Shown piece after piece: positions 16,003-28,800 of a stretch of DNA of 64,000 nucleotides. A model generated the notes under the pieces. That model had not been told where the DNA came from. It searched no databases and saw only the letters and a list, made by a program, of their open reading frames with translations. How positions within the stretch are numbered: the stretch's first letter is position 1; every line of letters starts with the position of its first letter. Both the position numbers and the translations under genes were made by a program. The stretch covers positions 45,570,001 through 45,634,000 of the forward strand of contig OZ231126.1 in assembly GCA_965153355.1 (NCBI GenBank). The letters are read 5' to 3'. The stretch is from Flaccisagitta enflata. Lineage: Eukaryota.

Positions 16003-17131
16003 TGTATTCTAACAGTCAACGAAATCCATCTATGCCTTTTCAAATAGTCATTTCCCGATTTGATAATATCGACATACACTGAGCGACAAATCTAGCATTA
16101 TAAAAACGTTTCACAACGCCATTTTGCTTCGATCAGTTACTACATTCAGTATTATTCCCGATCCAATTGGAAATCCGCGCTTAAAAAATGGCTAAGAACT
16201 TATTCGTCCCCGGCACCTCACGTCATCTTCAGGAGAAAACGCTTGGCGCCATCTAGAGCTTAAAACCTCAAGTGCCCTCTTTTGGAAAAAAACAAAAACA
16301 AAAAATATCCATGTCTCAAAAACATTTAAGAAAGGAAAATTTTTCATTTCTCCCGACGCGCCATTAACTTGATTTCCTGCAGTCTTGTGAGCCGATGAAA
16401 TGATCCGATCAAGCGACGAATGGACAGACCCACTTGTACAGATGCGATGGAGCATCTGAAAAAATAGAAATTTGATCAACTCCGAAATTCAATGTTGAAG
16501 CGACGAAGTAGAAGGGTTTTGATCCACTATTTCTTGAATCCCGACTCCTTTACACCCTCACCATCTCAAACTCTTCATGAATTTAGTTATTTGGGCAGGA
16601 TTCTTTATTTAGTAACCGCATCAGTCGGTCGATCGGTATGTGGGTAGGTTTCATATGAGATCACATTCACCATTTACGAATTTACGACAGTTTACGAATC
16701 AGTGTCCATGCTAAACGCAATAAGGCCACTTTCTTGCTGTCTTTGATGGAAGCATTCTTGCATACGTTCTTGCAAATAACAGCCCTTCGAACAGGTTCCT
16801 GTCATTCCTTCAACCATGCATAGCCTCTAGTCTTGCCCAATCATTTCTCACTTCTACAGAAATCAGAAATCAGTACAGCAGAACAGAAATCAATACAGAA
16901 ATTGATCTCCCGTTTCACAATCAATCTACCACCATATTTGCTAAACCTTTCACGTCTTCCTTCCAAAGCATTTCTCCCCCCCCCCCCCATGACAAAAACC
17001 CTAGTTTGCAACATTGCAATGGGTAAACAAAGGAAAAGCTGAGGAAAAGAAAGAAAGTAAGGAGAATAAAGAACGTATAAAGAAAGAAAGAAAGAAAGAA
17101 AGAGATGAAAAGAGAAGAAAAGAAAGAAAGT

Positions 17132-17311
<180 letters not shown>

Positions 17312-18192
17312 AAAAAAAACAAATAAACAAAGAAAGAAAGAATGAAGCGTCTTGAAAATCAATTTGGTTCAATTTGAATCTCAAGGAATCTAAGAGGTCA
17401 GTGAAGGTTTCTTCTTCTCCTTTCCAAATAACTTTTCTTCTTTACTTTTTCTTTTTTTCAATTCTACTTCAATTTCTTTTTTGCTCTCTTTTTTCTCTCA
17501 GAATTTTCCATTCTTTTTTTTCTTCGCCGGTTTGAGTTTCGATGAAAATGGCGCCGGCGTTTCGCCAAAATGACGCCGCAGCACCGCAGAATAGCGATAT
17601 TGACGCCGCCGATTTACCGCCGCCGATTTGCCGCCGCCGATTTGCCACCGCGCCGATTTACCGCACTCGCTGCCTCGATGTTGCCGAAGGCGAACTACTT
17701 ATACTAGTAAGAGGATACCTAAAACTGCGCTGTCACTTAAAAAGGAAAATTTTGTTGAAATAGACTTCATTAAACAATTCTAAAAGTGTATGTTTGATAT
17801 AATACTAACCGGGTTCACTTTTTATACAAATTAGGCAATGATTACTAAACAGAAACTGGGTTTAAAAAATTGTTTGTTGCTGCGAACTTCCTTCTGAAGC
17901 TGTTAAGCTGCGCAGTAATTTTCATGCTTGTGCGCCATGTAAACATGCGATTGGTATATAGTAGAAGGGGAGCGCAGCAGAGAAAATATTTTTCAAAAAC
18001 AGCCTCAGATTGTATTTTGTATCTTCTATCATATGTGTGTGAACCTCGCAGACACAAACAAATTGAGACCCCATTCTGCAAGTTCAAAGTTGAGAGAATT
18101 TTTGGCAATTTCTACGGATTGCGTTTCTTGATTTTCATCGCTTTTTTTAACATTTCCTGATCGTCTGAGGTGTGTTCTGGTATGCCTCTTCG

Positions 18193-18766
18193 TTTTTGGG
18201 CAGCGGCCCCAAAGGTCCGATGTCCTGTAGGACACAGGGGTGAATTTCCTTACGTCCGTCCGTACGTACGTCCGTCCGTACGTACGTACGTACGTCCCCC
18301 CCCCAGAGCTTCCCAAGCCTCTCAGGCCTCAAATCCAGCCTCTCAGGCCTAAAATCCAGCATCTCAAGCCTCAAATCTGGCCTCTCAGGCCTTAAATCTG
18401 GCCTCTCAGGCCTCAAATCCAGCCTTTCAGGCCTCAAATCCAGCCTCTCAGCCCTCAAATCCCACCTCTCAGGCCTCAAATCCAGCCTCTTGGGCCTCAA
18501 ATCCAGCCTTTTGGGCCTTAAACCCAGCCTCTCAGGCCTCAAATTCCCATGGACAAACAATTGAAAAAAATGCAAAATTTTCGATGAATATCACGGAAAA
18601 TTACCCCAAATATGCCCTCTCAGGACGTATGAAAATTCACCCCTGTGTCCTACAGGACATCGGCCCTTTGGGGCCGCTGCCCTGCTCTCACTCCACTTCT
18701 TCAGCTAATCACTCCAAGCAGGGCATCGGGTACCGCTGACCATGTGCGATCCTTGGATGACTTGTT
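18193..18766 (+). mobile_element. Family B non-autonomous element, complete copy (probably Helentron-type)
   Basis: TTTTT start, ~43-bp subterminal inverted repeats GGGCAGCGGCCCC...TCCTGTAGGACACAGGG, (CGTM)n, 21-bp CAGGCCTCAAATCCAGCCTCT array, 3' tail ending CTTGTT. Confidence 0.85.
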
Positions 18767-18963
18767 ATACATGAATATTGCTAAAAATGAGCAGACACCA
18801 GTTAAGCTATGTACATCAAACTCATTTTGGTTTAGAGAAAAGTCGGGTTTTCAACAATAGATTTCAAGAACTTGACAAGTTACGTGTCTGGTTACTACTT
18901 ATACACATGCCGCAACCACGTCCATGGTAAAACTCGCAGGGTGGTTTTAAACGCTTTCTAATG

Positions 18964-19107
18964 CAGTCAAATACCGCTCTAACGGATCACAGGGACCAAA
19001 AAATTTTATCTGTCATAGGCGGAATTCTATTATAACCAATTGAGATTTAGTATCTGTTACAGGCGGGATTCCGTTAAAAGCGGAGCCGTTGGAGCGAGTA
19101 CAACTGC
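18964..19107. mobile_element. Small pogo/Tigger-like MITE; relatives at ~54820-54890, ~63312-63470 and ~63474-63659
   Basis: CAGT...CGCTCTAACGG / CCGTTGGAGCG...ACTG termini. Confidence 0.55.
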
Positions 19108-19706
19108 ACGACTAATCTGGGGTCGGTGGTTCATTTTGTGAAGGATCAACACTCCGTTTCAAAGTTTATGCTTTTCTTTTCAGGCTGGTAGAATTTTTTA
19201 GAAAAAACTACATATCATATAACTAGCAAGTATTTTCAGTGAATCACGACCACCTACAGACCTAAAAAGAAAATGAATTTATGGTAGATTTCGACCGAGT
19301 TAAACAGTTGATACAAACTTTATATCTACAATAACAACGATCAGGAAATTATGACGATACTGACAGAGTAGACTATTTACATTATCATTATCCATTTTTC
19401 TTCGCCATCCGGTCGCGTAGTTCAGTTGGAGGTTTTCGGCCGATGGATCTTCTTCACTGCCTCTCCGCCGGTTTTCCTCGCAGTTTTAGCGCCTGGTAAG
19501 TATTTTGCCGGAAAAATATTCAATGATTTACCGCTGCGGAATTCGCGCGCAACCGTGGCTGCATGTTATTAAAACATTAAGAAAAAAAATCACTGACCCA
19601 TGTTTTTTTTCTTTCTGATATGACTGTTAGAACCAGTTATCAAAGAGATACACAAGAATTGGATCAATCAAATCAGGGACGGGGATCTTAGAAAGACTCT
19701 TCCTAC

Positions 19707-20117
19707 CTTTTTTGTGATAGGTGGTTCACCAAATGCCTCGAGGACTCTATTGATGTCAATATTGTTCGGATTGAGATCCACTTCGGGTGGAATACTGGGT
19801 GGGGCAGTGCAGTCGTACAATGTGCAACCATTTTCATCTTGGCCAATCGCTACTGGCGCGGTTGGGGGATGACAATAGAATTTCTCCATCATCCATGCAT
19901 CATCCATGCATCCTTTGATACAGCCTCTGATCATGCAGTCACGTTCAGTTCTGCCTTGGAGTCTGTAGACATAGCCAACGGGACATCTGATGGTGGGTGG
20001 ACCCGCACAGCCAGGTCTGAGAGCCTCTGGATCTTCGGTAATCCATTCCTCCGGCCACTCATACTTGACCTCTTCCTCTTCCTCTTCCTCACCCTCTTCC
20101 TCTTCAAAATGAATTTC
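19707..20117 (-). CDS. 411-nt phase-0 Cys-rich exon (copy 2)
   Basis: Duplicate of 20869-21267 with an in-frame 12-nt insertion. All 8 Cys and both splice sites are kept. Confidence 0.85.
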
Positions 20118-20309
20118 CTGAAAGGTGTTTATGTTTATCATACTCATTTATCAAAATGATATGGAATTATGCCCACATTGGACACTCTGAATCACTCTTT
20201 GGCTATATCTGTTGGCTAGTGTCTTTGTCCGTCTGTTTGTGTGTGATACAGAAATAGTAAGATTGGACTTATAATTTGAATAATTAACTCAAAAGCCAAT
20301 CCAACTCAC

Positions 20310-20405
20310 CTTTTTAAGGATCGGAATCTCAGACAAGGCTTCAAGGCTGCTGTCAAAGTCAATTTTGGGTATGCTTAGTGGGACCTCAGGTACAGCACGC
20401 AGTTC
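20310..20405 (-). CDS. 96-nt phase-0 exon (copy 2)
   Basis: Duplicate of 21460-21555 with intact splice sites and the same peptide. Confidence 0.8.
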
Positions 20406-20868
20406 CTGGTAAGAATTTTTTGTGGGTCAATAAGATTTCAGAAAATGCTCCTTTGTACAAATTATAGCTCGTCAAATCTAATTAGTTTGTATAATTAACT
20501 TAAGTGACCTGATATTACTTAATATGACTTAAAATGACTTAGAATCATTAAGAGTGACTTAGAATGACTTAAAATGACTTAGAATGACTTGGAATGACTT
20601 AGAATGACTTCTAATGGCATTTGGGCAGGAGCTGTGAGTCCAAGAAAGTTAAAATCGCTGAAAAAGTACAGTACGATGGGAGCAAAGACGACCTAGACTG
20701 GAGGATAGATTTTAGGTATTTTAATTTCATTTGATTTATAAAGGAAATTGAGATCTATGCTAATTAAAGGTTGTTTGAATATGTTAGTTTTTCTCATTTT
20801 TCAACTTGTGACTTGACTTCATCGGAACTTCAAATCAGGGACGGGGATCTTAGATAGACTCTTCCTAC

Positions 20869-21267
20869 CTTTTTTGTGATAGGTGGTTCACCATATGCCT
20901 CGAGGACTCTATTGATGTCAATATTGTTCGGATTGAGATCCATTTCGGGTGGAATGCTGGGTGGGGCAGTGCAGTCGTACAATGTACAACCATTTTCATC
21001 TTGGCCAATCGCTACTGGCGCGGTTCGGGGAGGACAATAGAATTTCTCCAAATTCATGCATCCTTTGATACAGCCTGTGATCATGCAGTCACGTTCAGTT
21101 CTGCCTTGGAGTCTGTAGACATAGCCAACGGGACATCTGATGGTGTGTGGACCCGCACAGTTAGGTCTGAGAGCCTCTGGATCTTCGGTAATCCATTCCT
21201 CCTGCCACTCATACTTGACCTCTTCCTCTTCCTCTTCCTCACCCTCTTCCTCTTCAAAATGAATTTC
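20869..21267 (-). CDS. 399-nt phase-0 exon: poly-Glu spacer plus two C-x7-C-x15-C-x4-C modules (copy 1)
   Basis: TTTCAG| acceptor, AAG|GTAGGA donor, 8 patterned Cys, DENGC motif. Confidence 0.85.
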
Positions 21268-21459
21268 CTGAAAGGTGTTTATGTTTATCATACTCATTTA
21301 TCAAAATGATATGGAATTATGCCCACATTGGACACTCTGAATCACTCTTTGGCTATATCTGTTGGCTAGTGTCTTTGTCCGTCTGTTTGTGTGTGATACA
21401 GAAATAGTAAGATTCGACTTATAATTTGAATAATTAACTCCAAAGCCAATCCAACTCAC

Positions 21460-21555
21460 CTTTTTAAGGATCGGAATCTCAGACAAGGCTTCAAGGCTGC
21501 TGTCAAAGTCAATTTTGGGTATGCTTAGTGGGACCTCAGGTACAGCACGAAGTTC
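21460..21555 (-). CDS. 96-nt phase-0 exon ELRAVPEVPLSIPKIDFDSSLEALSEIPILKK (copy 1)
   Basis: TTCTTACCAG| acceptor, AAG|GTGAGT donor, open frame. Confidence 0.8.
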
Positions 21556-21828
21556 CTGGTAAGAATTTTTTGTGGGTCAAAAAGGTTTCAGAAAATGCTC
21601 CTTTGTACAAATCATAGCTCGTCAAATCAAATCAGTTCGTATAATTAACTTAAGTGACCTGATATTACTTAATATGACTTAAAATGACTTAGAATGATTA
21701 AGAGTGACTTAGAATGACTTAAAATGACTTAGAATGACTTGGAATGACTTAGAATGACTTATAATGGCATTTGGGCAGGAGCTCTGAGTCCAAGGAAGTT
21801 AAAATCGCTGAAAAAGTACAGTACAATG

Positions 21829-22580
21829 GGAGCAAAGACGACCTAGTCTGGAGGATAGATTTTAGGTATTTTAAATCTATTTGATTTATAAAGGAAATTG
21901 AGATCTATGCTAATTAAAGGTTGCTTGAATATGTTAGCTTTCCTCATTCTTCAACTTGTGACTTGACTTCATCAGAACTTCATTTTTCAACATTTTGACC
22001 TAGCCTATCTGATTAGGCAAAAAATCTTATATAATGTTTAAAAAAGGGCCAGATACACGGCTACCGAAGTAGCATGCGGGCGGGCAGGGGGCATATTTGA
22101 GGTCACCAGGCCATTTGGGCTGGAGCAGTGAGGTCAAAGAAATAAAATCATAAAAAAAGTAAAGTGTGACCGACCGACCAACCAACCTACCAACCAACGG
22201 ACAAAGCAGGTTGTAGAGTTGACTAAAAATCAGCTAAATTGGAATATTTTCACAGGTTCTACAGCTATTTGAAAAAAAAAAATTATGTAAATTGGTACCC
22301 AGGCAATGCTTAAAATAGGCATAAACCTGTAAAAATGGTCCAATTGAACTAATTCTTTTTTTCTGAATTATATAAAATCTTCTGCCCGATCTGATGAGCT
22401 AGGTTAAAACATTGAGAAATGACGTCTTGATGAAGTCAAGTTGCAAGTTGAAAAATAAGAGAAGCCAATTCATTCAAGCAATAGAGCAATATTTAATTAG
22501 CATAGATCTCAACTTTTTAATACTTCAAATGAAATTAAGATACTTAAACTCTATCCTCCAGCCTAGGTTGTCTTTACTCC
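21829..22580. mobile_element. Fold-back/MITE-like element with ~200-bp diverged inverted arms; family A copy nested at ~22045-22229
   Basis: 21829-22033 is the diverged reverse complement of ~22370-22580. Confidence 0.7.
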
Positions 22581-22604
22581 TATCTTACTTTAAATAGTCG
22601 CAAA

Positions 22605-24804
22605 AGGGTTAGATGATCAGCGGTACACATTGCCCATATGTAAGTATATGTATATATGTGATGGTAAGAGGGGCAGCAGCACCGAAGGGGCTGATGACCT
22701 ATGCTCAGTAAGTTTTGAGGATCAAGGTTCGAAAGTGAGCATCAACAATGAGATTTGAGCCTTGAGGCTGTGATTTGAGCCTCAAGGCTGTGATTTGAGC
22801 CTTGAGGCTGGAATTTGGGGCTTGAGTTTAGGATTTGAGCCTTGAGGTTGGGATGTGAGCCTCAAGGCTGGAAAGTTAGCCTCGAGGCTGGAATTGTTCA
22901 AAACATTGTATCCGTGACATCTTTAGTGAAAGATGGTTAGTGGTACCCATTGCCCCTGATATCATGCATTAATCTATTTTTCATATCAGATTCAAACTTG
23001 GTGTTAAAGGGATAAAGTAAGGGAGGTTGATGATTGAGATTTAAGGTAATGATCATAGGTCAGCAGGCCCCGAAAGCTCTGATGACCTATGAAAATTCAG
23101 GTCATATGCCTAACAGGTCACCCAAGGGCAACATGTGGTCAGCGATACCCATTGCCCTGCATTGCATGATTTTGAATTGGAGTAAGAGGAAGCAGGGCAG
23201 CGGCTCCAAAGGGGACGAAGTCCTGTAGAACACAGGGGGACTTTTGTTCGTCCGTCCGTCCATCGGTCCCCCCTAGGCTCTCACAAGCCTGACATCTGCC
23301 CTTTCAGGCCTGAAATCTACCCTCTCAAGTTTGAAATCTGCCCTCTAAGGCTTTGAATCTGAGAGGGCAGATTTCAGGCCTGGGAGGGCAGATTTCAGGC
23401 CTGAAAGGTCAGATTTCAGGCCTGAAAGGGCAGATTTCAGGCCTGAGAGGGCAGATTTCAGACCTGAGAGGGCAGATTTCAGGCCTGAGAGGGCTGATTT
23501 TAGGCCTGAGAGGATAGATTTAAGGGCTGAGATGCCAGATTTCAGGCCTGAGAGGGCAGATTTCAGGCCTGAGAGGACAGATTTTGGGCCTTAGAGGGCA
23601 GATTTGAGGCCTGAGAGGGCAGATTTCGAACCTGAGAGGGCAGATTTAAGGCTTGAGAGGGCAGATTCAAGGCCTGAGAGGGCAGATTTCAGGCCTGAGA
23701 GGGTGAACATCAGGTCTGAGAGGGCCTGGGGGGGGGGGGACAAACGCACGGAGGGACGGACAAACAAAAGTCCCCCTGTGTTCTACAGGACTTAGTCCCC
23801 TTCGGAGCCGCTGCCCAAAAGCTAGGATCTGAGCGTCAAGGCTGTTGTTTGGGCCCCAAGGCTGGATTTTGAGCCTCAAAATCGGGATTTTGGTCTCAGA
23901 GTCAGGATTTTGACCTCAAAATTGGGATTTGAGCCTCAGTGCCGGGATTTGGGCCTCAAGGCTAGAATTTGGGCCCCAAGGCTGGGTTTAAGGCTGGGAT
24001 TGGAGCCTCAGAATTGGGATTTTCGCCTCAGAGTAAAGGTTTTACTATTTGGGGTTTGGGCCTCAACGCTGGGTTTTGAGCCTCGAGGCTAGAGTTTGGG
24101 CCTCAAGACTAGAATTTGGGCCTCAAAGCTAAAACTTGGACCTTGAGGCTGGGATTTGAGCCTCAAAGCTTGGATTTTGGCCTCAAGGTAAAAATTAGCC
24201 TCAAGGCTAGAATTTGGGCCTCAAGGCTAGAATTTAGGCCTCAAAGTTAGAACTTGGGCCTGGGGCCTGGGCCTTGAAGCTTGAGTGATGGGACTTGAGC
24301 CTTGGGGCTGTGAATGGAGTCTTAAGGCTTGGATTTGAACCTTTGGGCTGGGGTAGGGGTCAGCAGGCTAGGCTTGGTCAGCAGGCCCCAAAGGACCCGA
24401 TGACACAAATCCCAGTCTAAAGATTCAAATCCTAGCCCCAAGACTCAAATCCCAGTGTTGTGCCTCTAGGCTTGAGCTTGAACTTGGGCCTGGAGGCTGG
24501 GATTTGGGCCTGGAGGCTGGGGTTTTGGTCTCAAGGCCGGGATGTGGGCCTTGAGGCTGGGATTGGGCCTCAAGGCTTAAATTTGAGCCTCAAGGTTGGA
24601 AATTAGGCCTTGAGGCTGGGATTTGAGCCTCAAGGCTAGGAAGCCTAGGATATGGGTCTTGAGGCTGGGATTGGGGCTTCAATGCTGGGATATGGGTCTC
24701 GAGGCGGGGGGGGGGGGGGCAACAAAGAAGAAGAAGGAGGAGGAGAAATTTCTGCTTATGTGAAAGCATACGTCATCGGCCCCTTCGGGGTCGCTGCCCA
24801 AAAA
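22605..24804 (-). mobile_element. Nested family B elements (outer B2 subtype, inner copy 23111-23820) with 21-bp arrays
   Basis: Paired IRs at ~22671/~24800 and ~23194/~23816. GAGCCTCAAGGCTGGGATTT and CAGGCCTGAGAGGGCAGATTT arrays. Confidence 0.8.
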
Positions 24805-25233
24805 GGGACCAACCGACCGACCAGCCGACCAACCGACCAACCGACCAACCGACCAACCGACCAACCGACCAACCGACCAACCGACCAACCGACCAACCAA
24901 CCGACAAAGCGGGGTGTAGAGTCGCGTAGCACGCAGCTAGAGAGAAAGGCTTACATTTGTTACAATATGCAAACGCATGTGAACAGTAAGTTTAATAGAG
25001 GACAACACAAGGCTGGATATACAGGTTAGCCAAGTCGCGTGCGGGTGGGCAGGGGCAGTGATATTAAAGATTAACCAAGCAATTGGGCAGGAGCAGTGAT
25101 GCAAAAACAGCCCATAAACATAGAATAGGTGTCACCGGCCAACTTACCGATGGACATATCGGGTTATATAGTCGCTTGCATGTGACCAATTTTTTTTTTA
25201 CTTTTAACCAGACCCATCAATTCATAGTTTTAC

Positions 25234-25344
25234 CCTCTCAGCAAAATGACCAAATGCTTCCAAGACGGAACGTAGGTCAGTGCGAAGTACCGCGCTTTGG
25301 GCGCCAACGCCGAGCAAAACCAAAATGAAAAGAGACGCATACAT
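25234..25344 (-). CDS. Exon 1 of secreted Cys-rich precursor: MYASLFILVLLGVGAQSAVLRTDLRSVLEAFGHFAER (signal peptide)
   Basis: AAAATG start, hydrophobic core ending AQS, phase-0 donor AGG|GTAAAA. The VLEAFG motif recurs in the downstream exons. Confidence 0.75.
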
Positions 25345-25846
25345 TTTGAGCTGCGCGAGATGTTTGACGCACGTTTAGACATACAGATGTGTACCGTGAA
25401 TGTCTGATAGCCAAGACTACATTTCGCTTTTATACCAAATCTCAATACGAATAGGTTCCCGTGTTTGCTCGAGGAAATGATTAGGATTCATTTCGCGGTT
25501 AAATGCCGGCTATTTAGCAGAATTCGTTGATCCAAGGATATGAGACATCTAATGTGATTTTGGTTTTTTCGCTTTGTTTACTTGGTAACTTCATCCGTAG
25601 AAGTTATTTTGACCAACTGATCGCCGAAGAGTAATTTTTTTTCTTAGACTGGAAAAGAAAATTTGTGCATTCGTTGAGAGGCTGATCCGACGCTCAAATA
25701 GAGGCGGCCGGCCCCAATTTTCGCGTTGTTAAGTCAATAAAATGCAACAAAAAATACAAGACTGTTTGACCATTTCAATTCTTTGCATACAAAGGGTTAT
25801 CGTTGATACCACAACTAATGTTGCTCTCCAGCTTTTTTTCTTATTC

Positions 25847-28800
25847 TTTTTGGGCAGCGGCTCCAAAGGGGTTGAAGTCCTGTAGAACACAGGGAGAATC
25901 TGTCCGTATGTACGTACAAACATATGTCCGTCCGTCTGCCCGTCCCCCCCCCCCCCGCCGCCCCTTCCTCAGGGCTTCGTCTCCTTTGGGGCCTATTCTG
26001 ACCCAAATTCTGCTAAATAGCTCAAATCCAAGCAATATGGCCCAAATCTAAGCAAAATGACCCAAATCCAAGCAAAATGGCCCAATTCTAGCCAGAAAAC
26101 TCAATTACTATCTTTGCCAAAAGAAACGCGACACCCTAGCAATGATATGATTTATTGACCATACTCCTACAAAATTAAGTAACTGAGAGAGTTTGGAGGT
26201 CAAGTAAGTTATTTTCATAAGAAATAAACGAGACTGTGAGTCTAAGATGCAATTTATATCGCATTTCTTCATTAACAGAGGCGATAACCTTTTCTCATTT
26301 GTCCACAATTTTTGCAAGCCTATGATTTTTTAAAAAGGTTTACTCTTTTGCTTGCCATTTCTAAACGGCTTGAGCTACAGAATCCAGATTGCGCCCACCT
26401 TTTAGATTTTTTAATGTAGATTAATTTGCTTTTTTGGAAAAAGTATCTAGCTTCTCCAGAAGCTAAGATAACAAAAGTTGAAGTCATATGAAATTTGATC
26501 TATTCTTTTATTTCACAATTTTTTATCAATTCTGAAAATGACTATTTTCCTTCTTCTGCTTGCCATTTTTAAACACTTTAAGATACAGTGACCAGATTGG
26601 ACTCATTTTGTAGATCTTTAGAAGAAGAATAATTCCTTTTTGGGCAGCGGCCCCAAAGGGGCCAATGACCTATGCTCTCATATATGCAGAAATTTCTCCT
26701 TCTCCTTCCTCTTCTTTGTACCCCCCCCCTCGAGGCCCAATTCATAGCCTCGAGGCTCAAATCCCAGCCCCGAGGCTCAAATCCCAGCCTCAAGGCTCAA
26801 ATCTCAGCCTCGAAGCTCAAATCCCAGCCTTGAAGCTCAAATCCCAGCCTTGAAGCTCAAATCCCAGCCTCAAAGCTCAAATCCCAGCCTTGAAGCTCAA
26901 ATCCCAGTCTTGAAGCTCAAATCCCAGCCTCCAGGCTCAAATCCCAGCCTCCAGACTCAAATCCCAGCCTCCAGGCCCTAATCCCAGCTTTGAGGCTTAA
27001 ACAAAATCAGCATAGGTCATCGGCCCCTTCGGGGCCGCTACCCCACTAACTTCTAACCACCCACATACACTCATATACGGGCAACGGGTACCGCTGACCA
27101 TCTAACGCTTTTGCGACTATTTTTGGGCAGCGGCCCCGAAGGGGACGAAGTCCTGTAGAACACAGAGGGAATCTGTCCGCCCGTCCGTACGTCCGTACGT
27201 CCCCCCCCGCCCCACCCTCGGCTTCGTCTCCTTTGGGGCCCAATTCCAAACTGTATGGCCCAAATCCGAGCAAAATGGTCCCAAAATTGGCCAAATCCAG
27301 TCAAAATGGCCTAAGACCAGGTAAAATGGGCCTTATGTGGCTAGAAAAGAGATAGTCCGCCAGCGAATTTGGGGGTGTTCATCAACGGGGAATGAACGCA
27401 TGTTGCTGAACAATGCCATAGAGCTGTTCATGAACGACTAAAAAGAGGCTCTTGGCAAACAATTTTGTTCATGGAGGGCCTAAAAAAACATGTTCATGAA
27501 CGACCGTTCATTGAGGGGTAAAAAAAGCCATTGCTGAACAAGTAAAAAAAAACACTCCACCAATGGTTTTGTTGGTGGAGTGGGTTTTTTACCTGTTCAT
27601 GAAAAATGCTCATCTGGCTGTTAAAGAACAGCAAAAAAAAGTTTTTTGATGAACAGTTTTCAGCATCTAGTTTAATCTAACAAAGAGTTCATTAAGGAAA
27701 CTTTTTTGACTCTGCATGAATGGCTGGGTCAAAAGATATTTTGTTAGAGATGAAGTGATCTTGGGACTATGTTCATCAATACTGCTTCTTGGCTGTTCAT
27801 GAACAACAAAATTTCATTGAGTGGATAAAAATCCAGTGAATGAGTGAACCTTTTATGGGCACATATGAAGGAGATTTTTTTTGCCATAACTTGACACTAT
27901 CTTCATAATTCTTAAACCATAAATGATGCTCATCTGGCTGTTCATGAAATACCAAATTTTACCTTTTGATGAACAGCTTTGTTCATTGATTAGATAAATG
28001 TTACAGTGAAGACTGAAGATGATACACATTGGGTATGAAGATATTTTGTCATAAGTGGAGTTAATTACCACTCAACCAACAAAGTTATTTATGGAGTGAA
28101 TTTTTAGCAATTCATGAACGCGTTTTTTATGGCCCTCTCTGAACAAAATTGTTGGCCAAAGGTCTCTTTCATTGTGTTCTTCAACACCTGTATGGCATTG
28201 TTGCTGAACAGGCGTTCATTCCCCGTTGCTGAACGCACCCAAATTCGCTGGCGGACTACCTGCTAGAAAACCTGAATTCTGGCCTGAGTTCTATCATCTT
28301 GGCCCCTTAAACTTAGATTCTGGCTCCAAAAACCCACTTCCAAGCCTTAGAGACCCAGATCCTGCCCTTTGGGACCCAGATTCTGACCTCCAAGACCTAG
28401 GTGCTGGCCTAAAAGACCTGAATCCTAGCCTCAGAGGACCAAATCCTGACCACAGAAACTGAAATCCTTGCCTCTGAGACCAAGAAATTGGTCTCTGAGA
28501 CCCAGATTCTGGCCTCAGAGACCCAGATCCTGGCCTGCTCCTGCCTCAACTTAACCTACAAACTATACAAAAATGGCAAGGGTACTATTGTCCATATGCT
28601 GCCTTTTGTCAGTTCTCCTTGATATTCAATGAAAATTTGAATAACAGGGCATCCTGGACAGAAGGAAGGCAAACAGGACGGATGGACGGACGAACAGATG
28701 GACGGAAGGACAGATTCCCCCTGTGTTCTACAGGACTTTGTCCCCTTCGGGGCCGCTGCCCTGCTCCCTCTCAACCTTCATCACTTCCTACTCAAGCAGG

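Larger units (their letters stand above)
19668..21979. repeat. Tandem duplication (units 19668-20829 and 20830-21979)
   Basis: Near-identical 1162- and 1150-bp units with a TCA microhomology at the junction. Confidence 0.95.

Noticed and set aside
18147-18575. LRPERxD heptad ORFs (also 23604-23795)
   Set aside because: 21-bp arrays internal to family B elements.
19668-20147. ORF-track starts MSMININTFQ for the Cys-rich ORFs
   Set aside because: These residues are intronic, upstream of the TTTCAG acceptor; the real start is likely exon 1 at 25344.
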